A stretch of 64,000 bases of DNA, taken from NCBI GenBank assembly GCA_023248495.1, contig JAHFEK010000008.1, positions 1,920-65,919 on the forward strand, in the 5' to 3' direction. Shown in pieces: positions 44,050-54,113 of this stretch. The position numbers were made by a program, and so were the translations under genes. Within the stretch, counting starts at the first letter, position 1, and every line of letters begins with the position of its first letter. This DNA is from Nitrospinales bacterium (GTDB lineage: Bacteria > Nitrospinota_A > UBA7883 > JACRGQ01). Below the pieces are notes generated by a model. That model made no database searches and was not told the origin of the DNA. It worked only from the letters and a program-made list of their open reading frames with translations.

Positions 44050-44367
44050 TTATACCTGCATGCCAAGCGTTTCAACGCGCCGCACTTTAATTTTCACCTC
44101 TACCCGCGATCCGAGCCTATTGATAATCGACATGAGGCGATCGACGGTAAACCGTCCGAGGGCCGCATTGCGGATGCGGGAAAAGTCGGCCGCCGCAACC
44201 CCGGTGCGGCTTTGCGCACCGCGCACGGTCAAACCCTCCCGGTCGAGCGCTTTTATGATTTCGGCGGCCAAGATAGCTTTGAATTGTTCGATGTCCGCGT
44301 TCTCATGGCCTAGATCGCGGAAAACATTCCCACTTCCGCGAAATACTACCAACCCTTTACCTTTCAT
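44050..44367 (-). CDS. XRE-family HTH antitoxin
   Basis: 105 aa. LTVRGAQSRTGVAAADFSRIRNAALGRFTVDRLMSIINRLG. The start overlaps the toxin stop. Confidence 0.7.
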   Translation of the reverse strand: MKGKGLVVFRGSGNVFRDLGHENADIEQFKAILAAEIIKALDREGLTVRGAQSRTGVAAADFSRIRNAALGRFTVDRLMSIINRLGSRVEVKIKVRRVETLGMQV

Positions 44368-44711
44368 GGCAACATCTCCTTCAGTTGTTTCAATCTGTCC
44401 TTAATCAAATCAATCTCATGTTTAGGAGTTTTAACCCCCTGTGCGGATTTCTTCTGGAACGCATGGACAACCCAAAGCTCTTCACCGATCTGCACCGCGT
44501 AGACCACCCGAAAAGCATTGCCCCGATATGGCAACGCAATTTCAAAGACTCCCGCACCGAGGCCCTTCATCGGCTTCGCCATATCCGCCTTGCCGCCTTC
44601 AGCGGCGATTGTCAGCGCCGCAAGGCATATCGACTGTGCCGTTTCCGGAAATCCCCTGAACTCCTTCAGCGCGGCCTTGATCCATGAAACGGGCCTAGTC
44701 GTTCTTGTCAT
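44364..44711 (-). CDS. RelE/ParE-superfamily toxin (phage Gp49-like)
   Basis: WIKAALKEFRGFP...GVFEIALPYRGNAFRVVYAVQIGEELWVVHAFQKKS. Start set at ATG 44711. Confidence 0.7.
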   Translation of the reverse strand: MTRTTRPVSWIKAALKEFRGFPETAQSICLAALTIAAEGGKADMAKPMKGLGAGVFEIALPYRGNAFRVVYAVQIGEELWVVHAFQKKSAQGVKTPKHEIDLIKDRLKQLKEMLP

Positions 44712-44794
44712 CCACCGCCATATATGGCATGTTGTCACATATGACAACATGCCGTCAACCTGATTTATGCAAAAACGGGGTAGGGTGATCCGGG

Positions 44795-45808
44795 TCAGCA
44801 GGAGGCCATGGCGAGGGCGGTGGCGGCCACCACCTCATGCACGCCGCGCGGGTTCACCAGCATCCGTCCGGCATCCCCCATCGCGGGCCACCGCTCCTTG
44901 CGCGCGACGAACAAGGCTATGGCGGCGGTTAATTCGTCATCCGATATTTCCCATGCGTTGCCGGCATGGCGGGCGCATCCTTTGGCCACGTAAGCTGCGG
45001 CATTATTGGCTTGGTGGCGGTCGGTCACCAGCACCATGAACGGTTTGCCCAGCGCCGCCAACTCCATGCACGTGACGCCGCCCGCGCTAACCGCCGCGTC
45101 GCATGAGGCCATTAATTCCGGCAGCTCATTGGTGAATGAAAGAATCCGGTTGCGGTGCCGAAGTTTCAGCGCCGCGGCCGGGGCGGTATAACCGCCGCCA
45201 ACAGCGGTGATGGCAAAGTCCCCCTCCACCTTGTCCAAGGCCTTGAGTACGCGCCCCATTTGGTCGAGGTTGTCCGTCCCGCCCAGCATGACAAGCAGGT
45301 ACGGCTGCTCCGGTTTCTTAGTCGCGCGAACGGCGCCCAGCCGGGGATCGATGAGCGCATATTTCGGCCCGACAAGTTTTAGGCCCGCAAATCCGCCGTA
45401 TCGGCCGGCATCGGCGGAAGGGTTGTGATTTATCACGATATCGGCGTGTGTATAATGCGTGTAAACGTCGTCCACGGCGGTGATTAACACGCCTCCCGCC
45501 TTGAGCATCCGGCGGGATTCATCATCCAGCGCGTAGCTGTCCAGCACGGTGGCGCGCGCGCCAAACGTCCGCATGGCATCAAGATGGAACCGCGCCGCCT
45601 CGATTCCGGCCGAAGCCGGCGTTTTTACGAACGCGATATCGCGCGCGGCAAAAAAATTCTCAACCGCCTCATCGGTCCCGGCTGTGATGAAAAGCGGCTC
45701 GAACCCTTTTTCGCGGTAGGCGGCCGCCAGCACGGCAGAGCGAACGAGGTGCCCAAAGCCGATCTTTTTCGACCCGTCCGCCCGGAACACGATTTTTCTG
45801 TTGTCCAC
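44795..45808 (-). CDS. PseG-like UDP-sugar hydrolase / GT28-type glycosyltransferase
   Basis: KIVFRADGSKKIGFGHLVRSAVLA N-terminus is typical of PseG. No other pseudaminic-acid genes are in the window. Confidence 0.5.
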   Translation of the reverse strand: MDNRKIVFRADGSKKIGFGHLVRSAVLAAAYREKGFEPLFITAGTDEAVENFFAARDIAFVKTPASAGIEAARFHLDAMRTFGARATVLDSYALDDESRRMLKAGGVLITAVDDVYTHYTHADIVINHNPSADAGRYGGFAGLKLVGPKYALIDPRLGAVRATKKPEQPYLLVMLGGTDNLDQMGRVLKALDKVEGDFAITAVGGGYTAPAAALKLRHRNRILSFTNELPELMASCDAAVSAGGVTCMELAALGKPFMVLVTDRHQANNAAAYVAKGCARHAGNAWEISDDELTAAIALFVARKERWPAMGDAGRMLVNPRGVHEVVAATALAMASC

Positions 45809-45875
45809 CTTTTCGATTATACCTTACCGGATTGGCGGATGTTTATTCCGCCGCCCCTTCCGCTATAATGGGCCA

Positions 45876-46520
45876 ATGCTTTTTTGGTTTTTTGCCGCGC
45901 TCTTCGCCCTGCTGCCGCGGGCCGCGCACGCCGTGCCGCTGACCGCCACACATGTGATCGTGCTGGACGCCGGACACGAGCCGGAGGAAGGATTGATCCG
46001 GCCTGGCGCCTCGCAGGAAAAAGAGTTTTGCCAAAAAATCGCCGCTGCGCTCAAGGATATTATTGAGCGGGAGAATGGACAGGCCGTAGCGGTGCTGATT
46101 ATTTCCCCGGCCGACAAAGATCCGCGCCAGCGCGAAAAAGCGGCCGCCGCCAATCAGGCGGAGGGAGACCTTTACCTGGCGATTCATGCGGTACCGGCGG
46201 GCACCGGACAGACGCGCGGCCTGGGGATTTACCTCCCCGATCCAGCCGACGCGCCCGCGAGATCGTGGCGTTCTTCCGCGCGTAATTTTTCGGCAAATAA
46301 CCGGCGGTTGGGCGAACAGCTGAAAACGGCGCTTCAGGCGATTTACCCCGAGATGCGGGTTTTCGCCGCTAGCGCTCCTCTCTACCTATTTCATGGCGTC
46401 AACATGCCCGCCGCCGCGATAGAAGCCGCGGCCGATGGGACCGTTGCCGCCGCACCCGGCTTTTTCGAGCGCGCAGGGCAGGCGCTGTATGACGCCATAA
46501 CGGTCTTCGAGAAAAAGTGA
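45876..46520 (+). CDS. N-acetylmuramoyl-L-alanine amidase-like protein (Amidase_3 fold), exported
   Basis: Signal peptide MLFWFFAALFALLPRAAHA. VIVLDAGHE...EK...DLYLAIHA pattern. Confidence 0.55.
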   Translation: MLFWFFAALFALLPRAAHAVPLTATHVIVLDAGHEPEEGLIRPGASQEKEFCQKIAAALKDIIERENGQAVAVLIISPADKDPRQREKAAAANQAEGDLYLAIHAVPAGTGQTRGLGIYLPDPADAPARSWRSSARNFSANNRRLGEQLKTALQAIYPEMRVFAASAPLYLFHGVNMPAAAIEAAADGTVAAAPGFFERAGQALYDAITVFEKK

Positions 46521-46524
46521 CGCA

Positions 46525-47085
46525 ATGAAAATAATCGCGTTTCTCCTGCTTCTGGCCACAGCGGCGTTTCCGGTGCGGGCCGAAACGGTGCCGCCGTTGT
46601 TGCCTCCGCCCCCCGTGGCCGCGCCGCCGCAGCAACCCACCAGCGGGCCCTTGCTGATGACCGTTTCGCTTTATTTTGAGAGTGCCGGGCTTCTGGCGCC
46701 CGAAACGGCCCAAATCCCCCTTGGCGATCTTTTGGAAAACCGCGTCAAAGAGGCGATCAACCGCCTCATCGCGGGCCCCACCGCCGCGCCGCTAACCCCC
46801 ACTTTGCCGAAAAACGCAACGTTGCGGCGGGTTTTTACCGGCGTTGACAGAAACCTCTACCTTGATTTTGACATGAACATCGTCACCCGCCACCCGGGCG
46901 GCATTACCGCCGAGATTATTTCCGCTGCATCCATCTGCAAGACCGCAATGGCAAATTTCAGCGCCGATTCGGTGTCGATATTGGTTGAGGGAAAAGAGAT
47001 TAAAACGCTGGCGGGACACCTGGACATCGAACGTCCCATCACCCGCATGGGGTGTGAGGCCTTGGCGGGATACCGGCGGGAGTAG
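46525..47085 (+). CDS. GerMN-domain protein, exported
   Basis: AINRLIAGPT...LRRVFTGVDRNLYLDF...SILVEGKEIKTLAGHLD. Confidence 0.6.
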   Translation: MKIIAFLLLLATAAFPVRAETVPPLLPPPPVAAPPQQPTSGPLLMTVSLYFESAGLLAPETAQIPLGDLLENRVKEAINRLIAGPTAAPLTPTLPKNATLRRVFTGVDRNLYLDFDMNIVTRHPGGITAEIISAASICKTAMANFSADSVSILVEGKEIKTLAGHLDIERPITRMGCEALAGYRRE

Positions 47086-47086
47086 C

Positions 47087-47890
47087 ATGGATAAACGGCC
47101 CATCGGCATTTTCGATTCGGGTATCGGAGGCCTCACCGTGCTGCACGAGGTGGCCCGCCTGCTGCCCAACGAAGACCTCGTTTACCTTGGGGACACCGCG
47201 CGCGTCCCCTATGGCACAAAAAGTGCCGAAACGGTGATCCGCTACTCCATCGATAATACGCGCTTCCTCCTTACGAAAGATGTAAAAGCGGTGGTGGTCG
47301 CCTGCAACTCCGCCTCGGCAACCAGCATGGAGCCGTTGCGGGCCGAATTCCCCCTGCCGATCCTCGGCGTGATCGAAGCGGGGGTGGAAGAAGCTCTCCG
47401 CCGCAGCCAACGCGGAACAATCGGCGTCATCGGCACTTACGCGACGATACAATCGGGACAATATGAAGCGCTGTTGCTGGCCGGGGGGGCGGCCCGGGTG
47501 ATCAGCCGGCCTTGTCCTCTGTTCGTGCCGTTGGCCGAAGAAGGGTGGACCGGCAACCTCGTGGCCGAAGAAGTGGCGAAAATTTATCTGGAGCCGTTTC
47601 AACGGGGCAGCGTGGACACGCTCATTCTCGGCTGCACCCATTATCCGCTCCTGGAAGGGGTCATAGGAAAAACGTGCGGCCCCTCGGTTATGCTGATAAA
47701 TTCGGCTTACGCCATCGCGATAAAACTGCGTGAGATGCTGCGCGAAAGCGGGCTTGAGCGGGGTTCTCCCGGCGGCGGGCGCCGTTTCTACTTCACCGAT
47801 TCACCTGAGCGGGCCAAGATGGTCGGCAGCCGGTTCCTCGGCGAGGATTTGGCTAACCGGATCGAGCTGGCCAACCTGCCAACGCACTGA
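47087..47890 (+). CDS. murI: Glutamate racemase
   Basis: IGIFDSGIGGLTVL...YLGDTARVPYG...VVACNSAS...LGCTHYPL. Confidence 0.9.
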   Translation: MDKRPIGIFDSGIGGLTVLHEVARLLPNEDLVYLGDTARVPYGTKSAETVIRYSIDNTRFLLTKDVKAVVVACNSASATSMEPLRAEFPLPILGVIEAGVEEALRRSQRGTIGVIGTYATIQSGQYEALLLAGGAARVISRPCPLFVPLAEEGWTGNLVAEEVAKIYLEPFQRGSVDTLILGCTHYPLLEGVIGKTCGPSVMLINSAYAIAIKLREMLRESGLERGSPGGGRRFYFTDSPERAKMVGSRFLGEDLANRIELANLPTH

Positions 47891-47902
47891 AGGAAAAACG
47901 GG

Positions 47903-48736
47903 CTAACCGGCGGCGGAAGGTGTGGCCGTGTCGCCGTAGAAAAATTCCATTGAAAGGAACTTTTTATCAAGCCGTCCCCCCTGTACCGGAAGCCGGAAGG
48001 AATCGGGAAAGATGGCCACGGGGGTATTTACCCGGATCCACTGTTCGAGCGATCTTACGCTTTCATCGTCCAACACCACACATCCGTGGGTGTCGGGTGT
48101 TCGTTTACCTTGGCCGCTGCCGTGCAGCCAAATGCCGCCGCCCGTACGCCCCTGCGCCACATCAAATGAATTGGGGTAGTTGGTGACGAACACCTTTGGG
48201 CCGTAGATTTTGGGCAAAAGCCTGCCATCTTTGACCTCGGTGATCCGGTAAAAACCGACCGGCGTCCGCATATCCCCCTCGCGCTCTTTGGTGCCGACAA
48301 TCCTGCCGAGGGATATGTCGAATTGGCGGATGACGGTGTAGAAATCGCCATCATCCTTGAGAACCAACAGCAGCTTGTTCGATTTGTCCACGGCAATCGC
48401 ATAATCCGGCGGCGATGGGGGGGGCACCGGGATGGCAGACGCTTTCGGCGCCGGAAAGTTGGCGTTCGAAATAACCGGCATGGCAACGTTTGGCAACGCC
48501 GCCACGGCCGGCATACGGGTGATAAACGCGGCGCCGCCCGCTATTAATAACATGAGGATGATAACGCCCGCGGTCAGTTGCGGAGAAAAGGGAAATGGGG
48601 GCGCGACGCCGGCTCCGCGCGCGATGAAAGCGCGTTCCACCACATAATTATGATAGGCCACCTTCACCTGGGTTTCGGTGATGAATACCCAGCGGTCAAA
48701 ACGTCCTCGCAATCCCATATCTTTGTATTTTACCAA
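47903..48736 (-). CDS. L,D-transpeptidase (YkuD family)
   Basis: Catalytic motif GGGIWLHGSG...THGCVVL. N-terminal TM anchor. Confidence 0.75.
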   Translation of the reverse strand: MVKYKDMGLRGRFDRWVFITETQVKVAYHNYVVERAFIARGAGVAPPFPFSPQLTAGVIILMLLIAGGAAFITRMPAVAALPNVAMPVISNANFPAPKASAIPVPPPSPPDYAIAVDKSNKLLLVLKDDGDFYTVIRQFDISLGRIVGTKEREGDMRTPVGFYRITEVKDGRLLPKIYGPKVFVTNYPNSFDVAQGRTGGGIWLHGSGQGKRTPDTHGCVVLDDESVRSLEQWIRVNTPVAIFPDSFRLPVQGGRLDKKFLSMEFFYGDTATPSAAG

Positions 48737-48814
48737 AATTGCGGGGAGTTCGAGAGTGATTATCCCACAAGCGAAAAAAAAGCCTTATTAAGGGCGTACT
48801 GGCGGGAGAGCGGA

Positions 48815-50053
48815 CTAGAGCGGGCTCCACTCCTCGGAAACGATAAGCCAAATGCCGCCCTGATTTCGAAGCCGCAACCGCTTAAGGCCGCGATCCTGGT
48901 ATGCGCCCGTCTTGTAGGTCTGTTCAAACACCACGGTGGCAATGCCATCCGGCCCTATGCCGATTTTCACGTTGTCGGCGGCGATGGTGAATTTCCGGCC
49001 AGATGAAAATTTTGTTTTCTTATCGCCCAGCCAGCCATCCAGCCCCATATCCTGCCCGCGGAAATCTGCCGCATAGCACGAAGCGTATTTGCCCAAATTC
49101 TTTTCCCGCCACGCGTTCAGCCAAGCGGCCACAGCCTGATTAACCCCCATCTTCACCTTTTCATCATCCGGCTTTTCGGTTGCCGTGATGGGGGCGGCTA
49201 TGGGGGACGGCAACGGCGCGGGTACGGGCACGGGAACCGCCAACGGCGCTCCACCCAAGGCTATCGACGGCCCGGCGGTGCGCGGCTCCCCGCTCCCGGC
49301 ATTGCCGACTTTAGCTTGTAAACCGCTCACTTGTTCTTCCATGAAAATAACGCGCGCCTGCAACGAACGGGAGAGCGCGGCGGCCTCTTCCATCTGCTTT
49401 CCATTCTCCGCCTGCACTTTTTTCAGCTGCTGATTTTCCTCTTCCAGCCGAAGCGATTCTTTCCGCAGCGTCAGGTTGTCGGCGCGGAGGGTTTCGTTTT
49501 CGGCCCTTAGCGCATCAAGATCGCCCGTTCCCTTGTTGTCTGCGGCGGCCGCGGCGGAAACGGAAGGCCCCTGCGCCGCCCGTGGCTGCACGGTGGCGGC
49601 CCCTTCAGACAATTGCACTTCAAGATAATCCGGTTTCTGCGTCAGTTTGAATGGCGCGTCGGCCAGAAGTTCCAGCTCCAGGCGAACCGAATTAACCTTT
49701 GGAAAACGGACAACCATCATGCCGGAAACTATTTTGCCGTCGACAACGATATGGCGCGGTTCAAAATCGAGCGTGGCGTTGGGAATTTCCACCGCCAACC
49801 GCAATGGATCGGCCAGTTTGTAGGCGGTATATTCAAATTTACGCGAACCGAAGACCTTCACGATGGAACGGTTATTTTCAGTCATATAGGTGATTTTTTT
49901 AATCCGCGCGGCAAGCTCGTTTTCAACGGCCGCCGATGGACCGGCATTTCCCGGCGTTTGGCAACCCGCACCCGCCAAAACGGCGGCGACGGTCAACACA
50001 GCCGCCATGGCCCGCGTCAACACTCCGGGATGCGCCCGTTTTCCGTACATCAT
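48815..50053 (-). CDS. Lipoprotein with an AMIN domain, a coiled coil and a C-terminal NTF2-like domain
   Basis: Lipobox LAGAGC (start ATG 50053). AMIN-like VKVFGSRKFEYTAYKLADPLRLAVEIPNA. Heptad region LRAENETLRADNLTLRKESLRLEEENQQLKK. C-terminus AWLNAWREKNLGKYASCYAADF. Confidence 0.6.
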   Translation of the reverse strand: MMYGKRAHPGVLTRAMAAVLTVAAVLAGAGCQTPGNAGPSAAVENELAARIKKITYMTENNRSIVKVFGSRKFEYTAYKLADPLRLAVEIPNATLDFEPRHIVVDGKIVSGMMVVRFPKVNSVRLELELLADAPFKLTQKPDYLEVQLSEGAATVQPRAAQGPSVSAAAAADNKGTGDLDALRAENETLRADNLTLRKESLRLEEENQQLKKVQAENGKQMEEAAALSRSLQARVIFMEEQVSGLQAKVGNAGSGEPRTAGPSIALGGAPLAVPVPVPAPLPSPIAAPITATEKPDDEKVKMGVNQAVAAWLNAWREKNLGKYASCYAADFRGQDMGLDGWLGDKKTKFSSGRKFTIAADNVKIGIGPDGIATVVFEQTYKTGAYQDRGLKRLRLRNQGGIWLIVSEEWSPL

Positions 50054-50064
50054 AACGCCTGCTT

Positions 50065-50292
50065 TCAATGCATTCCGCACATGCCGCCGCCGCACCCGCC
50101 CCGGGGAGGGGTGCCGCCGCACGGGGGCGCGGAAGCGGATGCGGGAACCGACGCGGCAAACGAACTCATTTCCTTTGTCACCTTTTTGGCGCCGCATTTG
50201 GGGCAACCGACATCTTTAAAGCCGCTGCTGGAAAGCCGCAGTTCTTCAAACTTATGCCCGCACTTGTTGCACTTGAATTCGTAAATGGGCAT
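50065..50292 (-). CDS. FmdB-family zinc-ribbon protein
   Basis: [16 protein letters not shown]...GCPKCG. Confidence 0.8.
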   Translation of the reverse strand: MPIYEFKCNKCGHKFEELRLSSSGFKDVGCPKCGAKKVTKEMSSFAASVPASASAPPCGGTPPRGGCGGGMCGMH

Positions 50293-51098
50293 TATTGGCC
50301 TTCCATTTTCGCCACGATTAGGCGCATTAAATGTTCGCTGAGCATCCGGCGCGGCTTGCCGTCAAGCCATTGCCGGCCTTCTGAATATTGGGTGTATGGA
50401 ATAACCGCCACTTCCGTGCCGCCATCGCCATCGTGCAGCTTTACAGAATACTTGTAACGGATTGTCCGCTGGCCGTCGCCGAAAATGCCGGCGCCTATCC
50501 CGCCGCCGGTCCGTTGCTGAACCATCCATTCGGTTATGATTATTCCGCTGCTTTTGTCGATTACCGTCAGCGGGGCCGCAAGCATCACTTCAATCGTTTT
50601 TTCCCACGCCTGGTCATACGGCATGGCAAAGGTTCGGGCTATCGCGTTGACTCCAAGAGAACTGTCACGCGCCTCCACGGGCGGAGGTGGGGCTACTTTC
50701 TGATCGGGCGCGGGCAATATCATGGCCAATGGGTTGGCCAGCCGTTCCGGTTTATCCGGCACGGACGCCTCGTTATTCAGCGAGGAAGGAGCGGCGCTGG
50801 CCCCGGCTGGTTTTGCGGCGGAAGCCGAACCGGGGGACGCGCTCTCCACTTTTGGCGCTTGACCAAACATCACGGCATCCCCTTCTTCCAATGGGACGTC
50901 CCTCTCTTCCGCGCGGGCCGCTTGCGGCCGCTTTTCCGCCGCCGGTGCGGGCTTAGGGGCGTCCGCTTTTTGTTCTCTCTTTGGGGGGGGCGGATCTTCG
51001 TCGACCGGGTACCATAGCTTATCCGGAAGAATGCTCCCGCACGAAGCGAAAAGGAATGCCGCAGCGCACAAAGTTAACGCCGCTCTTGTTTTTTGCAT
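50292..51098 (-). CDS. Hypothetical lipoprotein with a Pro/Ala-rich linker
   Basis: Lipobox FLFASCGS (start ATG 51098). No domain recognised. Confidence 0.5.
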   Translation of the reverse strand: MQKTRAALTLCAAAFLFASCGSILPDKLWYPVDEDPPPPKREQKADAPKPAPAAEKRPQAARAEERDVPLEEGDAVMFGQAPKVESASPGSASAAKPAGASAAPSSLNNEASVPDKPERLANPLAMILPAPDQKVAPPPPVEARDSSLGVNAIARTFAMPYDQAWEKTIEVMLAAPLTVIDKSSGIIITEWMVQQRTGGGIGAGIFGDGQRTIRYKYSVKLHDGDGGTEVAVIPYTQYSEGRQWLDGKPRRMLSEHLMRLIVAKMEGQ

Positions 51099-51339
51099 GG
51101 GGGTAACGATAACACCCCCCATCGGGAAGAGTCAACAAAAGTGCGCTTATACGATTGGACCCTTTGAATCATTACGGATGAGGACGCCGGAGGGGTAATT
51201 GCGCGGGCCGTTTATTGCGCTTGGAAAGAGGCACGGATTCTAGTAAAATCGCCGTCTAAGAGTGTAATAGGGTTCGCGCCGGTGGACACAGCTTGACGGC
51301 GCGCACTTCTCCGCAAACAAGATTTGGGATACCGTTGCC

Positions 51340-51675
51340 ATGAAATGTGAAATCAGGAAAGCCGGAAGCGTAACGCTGTTCAGCGTACAGGGAGATGTTG
51401 TTTTCAACCACCTTAACGATATCCGTGAAACGATCAAGGCGGAGATGGTTCAATCCTCCACCGACAAGTTCCTGATCGACCTGAGCGGGGTGGGCATGAT
51501 TGATTCCGCGGGCGTCGGGTTTATCGTTTCCGTCTACAAAACCGTTCTTTCGCGCAAAGGAACGTTCGCCCTCGTCCGTCCCAACGATGCGGTGAAGAGC
51601 GTGTTGCAGACCGTGGGGCTCACCCGCCTCTTCAATATATACGAGAGCGAAGACGAAGCCATTAAGGCCATCTAG
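51340..51675 (+). CDS. STAS-domain anti-sigma-factor antagonist (SpoIIAA-like)
   Basis: 111 aa. LIDLSGVGMIDSAGVGFIVSVYK contains the conserved phosphorylatable-Ser context. Confidence 0.8.
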   Translation: MKCEIRKAGSVTLFSVQGDVVFNHLNDIRETIKAEMVQSSTDKFLIDLSGVGMIDSAGVGFIVSVYKTVLSRKGTFALVRPNDAVKSVLQTVGLTRLFNIYESEDEAIKAI

Positions 51676-51690
51676 GCCGGCCGTGCCCGC

Positions 51691-52164
51691 ATGAGCCGCT
51701 TCCGCATCCGCCAGGAAAGGGAAGAAGTCCCGGAAAAGCGGGATGATCTGCGCCAGTTCGTCGGCATGCGTCTTGGCGCCGAGGAATATGTCATCGAAAT
51801 CACCAAAGCCCGCGAAATACTTCTCTTCGATGAAATTACCTATGTCCCCCGCGTGGCGGGACACTTTGAGGGAGTGATCAACCTGCGCGGTGATGTGGTG
51901 CCAGTGATCAACCTGCGCGTCAAACTGGGGATGGCGATGGTTTCCCTCTCCTCCAGCGCCCGCATCATCATCACCGAATCGGCTTCTGGCGCGCCGGTGG
52001 GACTGCTGGTGGACGCGGTAACCAGCGTTATCCGCCTGCCGGAAAGCGGTATTGAACCGGCTTCCGCCGCGGTGGGGGAAGTAGCGGCGGAATTTATTAA
52101 GGGGATCGGCCGCGCGGGAGACGCCATAGTCGGCTGGCTGGACGTGGATAAACTGGTGGCGTAA
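51691..52164 (+). CDS. CheW-like coupling protein
   Basis: 157 aa. QFVGMRLGAEEYVIEITKAREIL...INLRGDVVPVINLR...GLLVDAVTSV. Confidence 0.8.
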   Translation: MSRFRIRQEREEVPEKRDDLRQFVGMRLGAEEYVIEITKAREILLFDEITYVPRVAGHFEGVINLRGDVVPVINLRVKLGMAMVSLSSSARIIITESASGAPVGLLVDAVTSVIRLPESGIEPASAAVGEVAAEFIKGIGRAGDAIVGWLDVDKLVA

Positions 52165-52203
52165 CAACGCCGCGCGAACAACGGAAACGATCGGAATCAT
52201 ACA

Positions 52204-53664
52204 ATGGCACAGAATAAAAAAGTCGTCGGCATAGACTTTGGCACCACCACCAGCGCCATCGGCATCGTGAAAAACGGCGTTCCCTTCCTTTTTGAAGTGG
52301 ACGATGGGGAAGTGATGATGCCTTCAGTGGTCGCCTTTGGAAAGGGCGGCGAAATTATCGTCGGGCAGAAGGCAAAGAAACAGGCGGTGCTAAACCCCGA
52401 AAAAACCTTCAGTTCGGTGAAGCGCCGCATGGGGGAAAAAGAAACCGTCAACACGGGCGTTGGCGACTGGCCGCTGGAACAAATCGGGGCCGAAATCCTA
52501 AAAAAACTTAAGTCCGAGGCGGAACGCCATCTTGGCCACCCGGTCACCGACGCGGTCATTACCGTGCCAGCCTACTTTAATCAGTTCCAGCGCAAAGCCG
52601 TTCAAGAGGTGGGGAAACTGGCGGGGCTCAACGTGCTGCGCATCATCAACGAGCCGACCGCCGCCGCGATGGCTTATGGCCTCAACCAGCACGATGAGCA
52701 AAGCGTTATGGTCTTCGACTTTGGCGGCGGCACATTCGATGTGTCGGTGCTCACCATCGCCGACGGCGTCTTCGAGGTGAAGGCGACCGGCGGCGACAAC
52801 ATGCTGGGGGGCGACGACATCGACCAGATGCTTATCGACAAAGTGGTGGCCGACTTTAAAAACGATCACGGCATCGACTTGACGCAGGACAAAATGGCGA
52901 TGCAAAAACTGAAGGACGAGGCGGAGAAGCTGAAAATCGCCCTCTCCAACGCCGATTCGGCCCGGCTGAACATCCCCTTTATTACCGCCGACAAACATGG
53001 TCCGATTCACATCGACAAAACCTTCACCCAGGCGCAAATGGAACAGATGACCGTCACGCTCGTGAACAAGGTCATCCGGTTGGCGAAGGATACCCTTAAA
53101 AAGAGCGGACTCGATAATAACACCCTCGACAAGATACTGCTGGCCGGCGGCTCCACCCGCATCCCCGCCGTGCGGGACGCCATCATCGAACATTTCGGCG
53201 ATAAGACGCTGGGAGGGGTGAATCCGCTGGAGTGCATCGCGCTGGGCGCCTCCGTGCAGGCGGCAATTTTAGGCGGTCAGGTGGAGGATACCGTGCTGCT
53301 GGACATTACCCCGCTTTCGCTCGGTCTTGAGATCGAAGGCGGAAGCGCCGAAGAGATTATTCCCGCCAACGCCACTATTCCGGTCTCGTACAAAAAGGTG
53401 TTTTCCACCGTGGCGGATAACCAGACCGAGGTGGAAATCAAGGTTCTGCAGGGGAACAGCAACCGCGCGGCGGAAAATGTGACTTTGGGGCGCTTCATCC
53501 TCGGCGGCATCGAGCTGGCGAAAAAAGGGGAGCCGAAAGTGGAAGTGGAATTCGATATCAACGTGGACGGTATCATGAACGTCCGCGCGCGCGACACCAA
53601 AACCGGCGCCGCCCGCTCCGTCACCATCGACCGGGGTATTGTGGATAAGCGCAAAACAGCGTAA
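52204..53664 (+). CDS. Hsp70-family ATPase lacking the C-terminal helical lid
   Basis: VGIDFGTTTS, DAVITVPAYFN, IINEPTAAAMAYG, VFDFGGGTFDVS and LAGGSTRIP motifs. It is 486 aa and ends shortly after the beta-sandwich substrate-binding region. Confidence 0.85.
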   Translation: MAQNKKVVGIDFGTTTSAIGIVKNGVPFLFEVDDGEVMMPSVVAFGKGGEIIVGQKAKKQAVLNPEKTFSSVKRRMGEKETVNTGVGDWPLEQIGAEILKKLKSEAERHLGHPVTDAVITVPAYFNQFQRKAVQEVGKLAGLNVLRIINEPTAAAMAYGLNQHDEQSVMVFDFGGGTFDVSVLTIADGVFEVKATGGDNMLGGDDIDQMLIDKVVADFKNDHGIDLTQDKMAMQKLKDEAEKLKIALSNADSARLNIPFITADKHGPIHIDKTFTQAQMEQMTVTLVNKVIRLAKDTLKKSGLDNNTLDKILLAGGSTRIPAVRDAIIEHFGDKTLGGVNPLECIALGASVQAAILGGQVEDTVLLDITPLSLGLEIEGGSAEEIIPANATIPVSYKKVFSTVADNQTEVEIKVLQGNSNRAAENVTLGRFILGGIELAKKGEPKVEVEFDINVDGIMNVRARDTKTGAARSVTIDRGIVDKRKTA

Positions 53665-53673
53665 GGGAAACCA

Positions 53674-54036
53674 ATGTACGAAGTTGCGGTCACGGCTCAG
53701 TTTTCGGCGGCACATCAGTTGCGCGGCCACTGGGGCCCGTGCAAAGATATCCACGGCCACAATTGGACGGTGGAGGCCGCGTTTGCGTCCAAGAAGCTGG
53801 ACAAACACGGCATGGTGGTCGATTTCCACCATGTGAAAGAGCAGCTTAGCCGCCTGATGAATATGCTGGATCACAAGATCATCAATGAAGTGCCGCCGTT
53901 CACCAAATTGGACCCCACCGCCGAGCGGATAGCCGAATGGTTTTTTAAGGAGCTGAAAAGGAGTCTGCCGGTGCCGCCTTCGTACGTCACCATCTACGAA
54001 ACCGATCACGCTTGGGCCACCTACCGCGCGAAATAA
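53674..54036 (+). CDS. queD: 6-carboxy-5,6,7,8-tetrahydropterin synthase
   Basis: 120 aa. FSAAHQLRG...CKDIHGHNW...LDH pattern. Confidence 0.85.
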   Translation: MYEVAVTAQFSAAHQLRGHWGPCKDIHGHNWTVEAAFASKKLDKHGMVVDFHHVKEQLSRLMNMLDHKIINEVPPFTKLDPTAERIAEWFFKELKRSLPVPPSYVTIYETDHAWATYRAK

Positions 54037-54113
54037 CGGAGGTCTTTTTTAAAACCGGCCCCCTACGTGCCGCTCCCCAACCCAATGCCGTATTTATTGG
54101 CTAACGGGATGAT

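Noticed and set aside
51256-52200. 314-aa minus-strand ORF opposite the STAS and CheW genes
   Set aside because: Shadow ORF. The plus-strand frames give recognisable STAS and CheW domains, and the minus product has no motifs.
52498-54009. Minus-strand ORFs (231 aa and 246 aa) opposite hsp70 and queD
   Set aside because: Antisense shadows of strongly conserved plus-strand genes.
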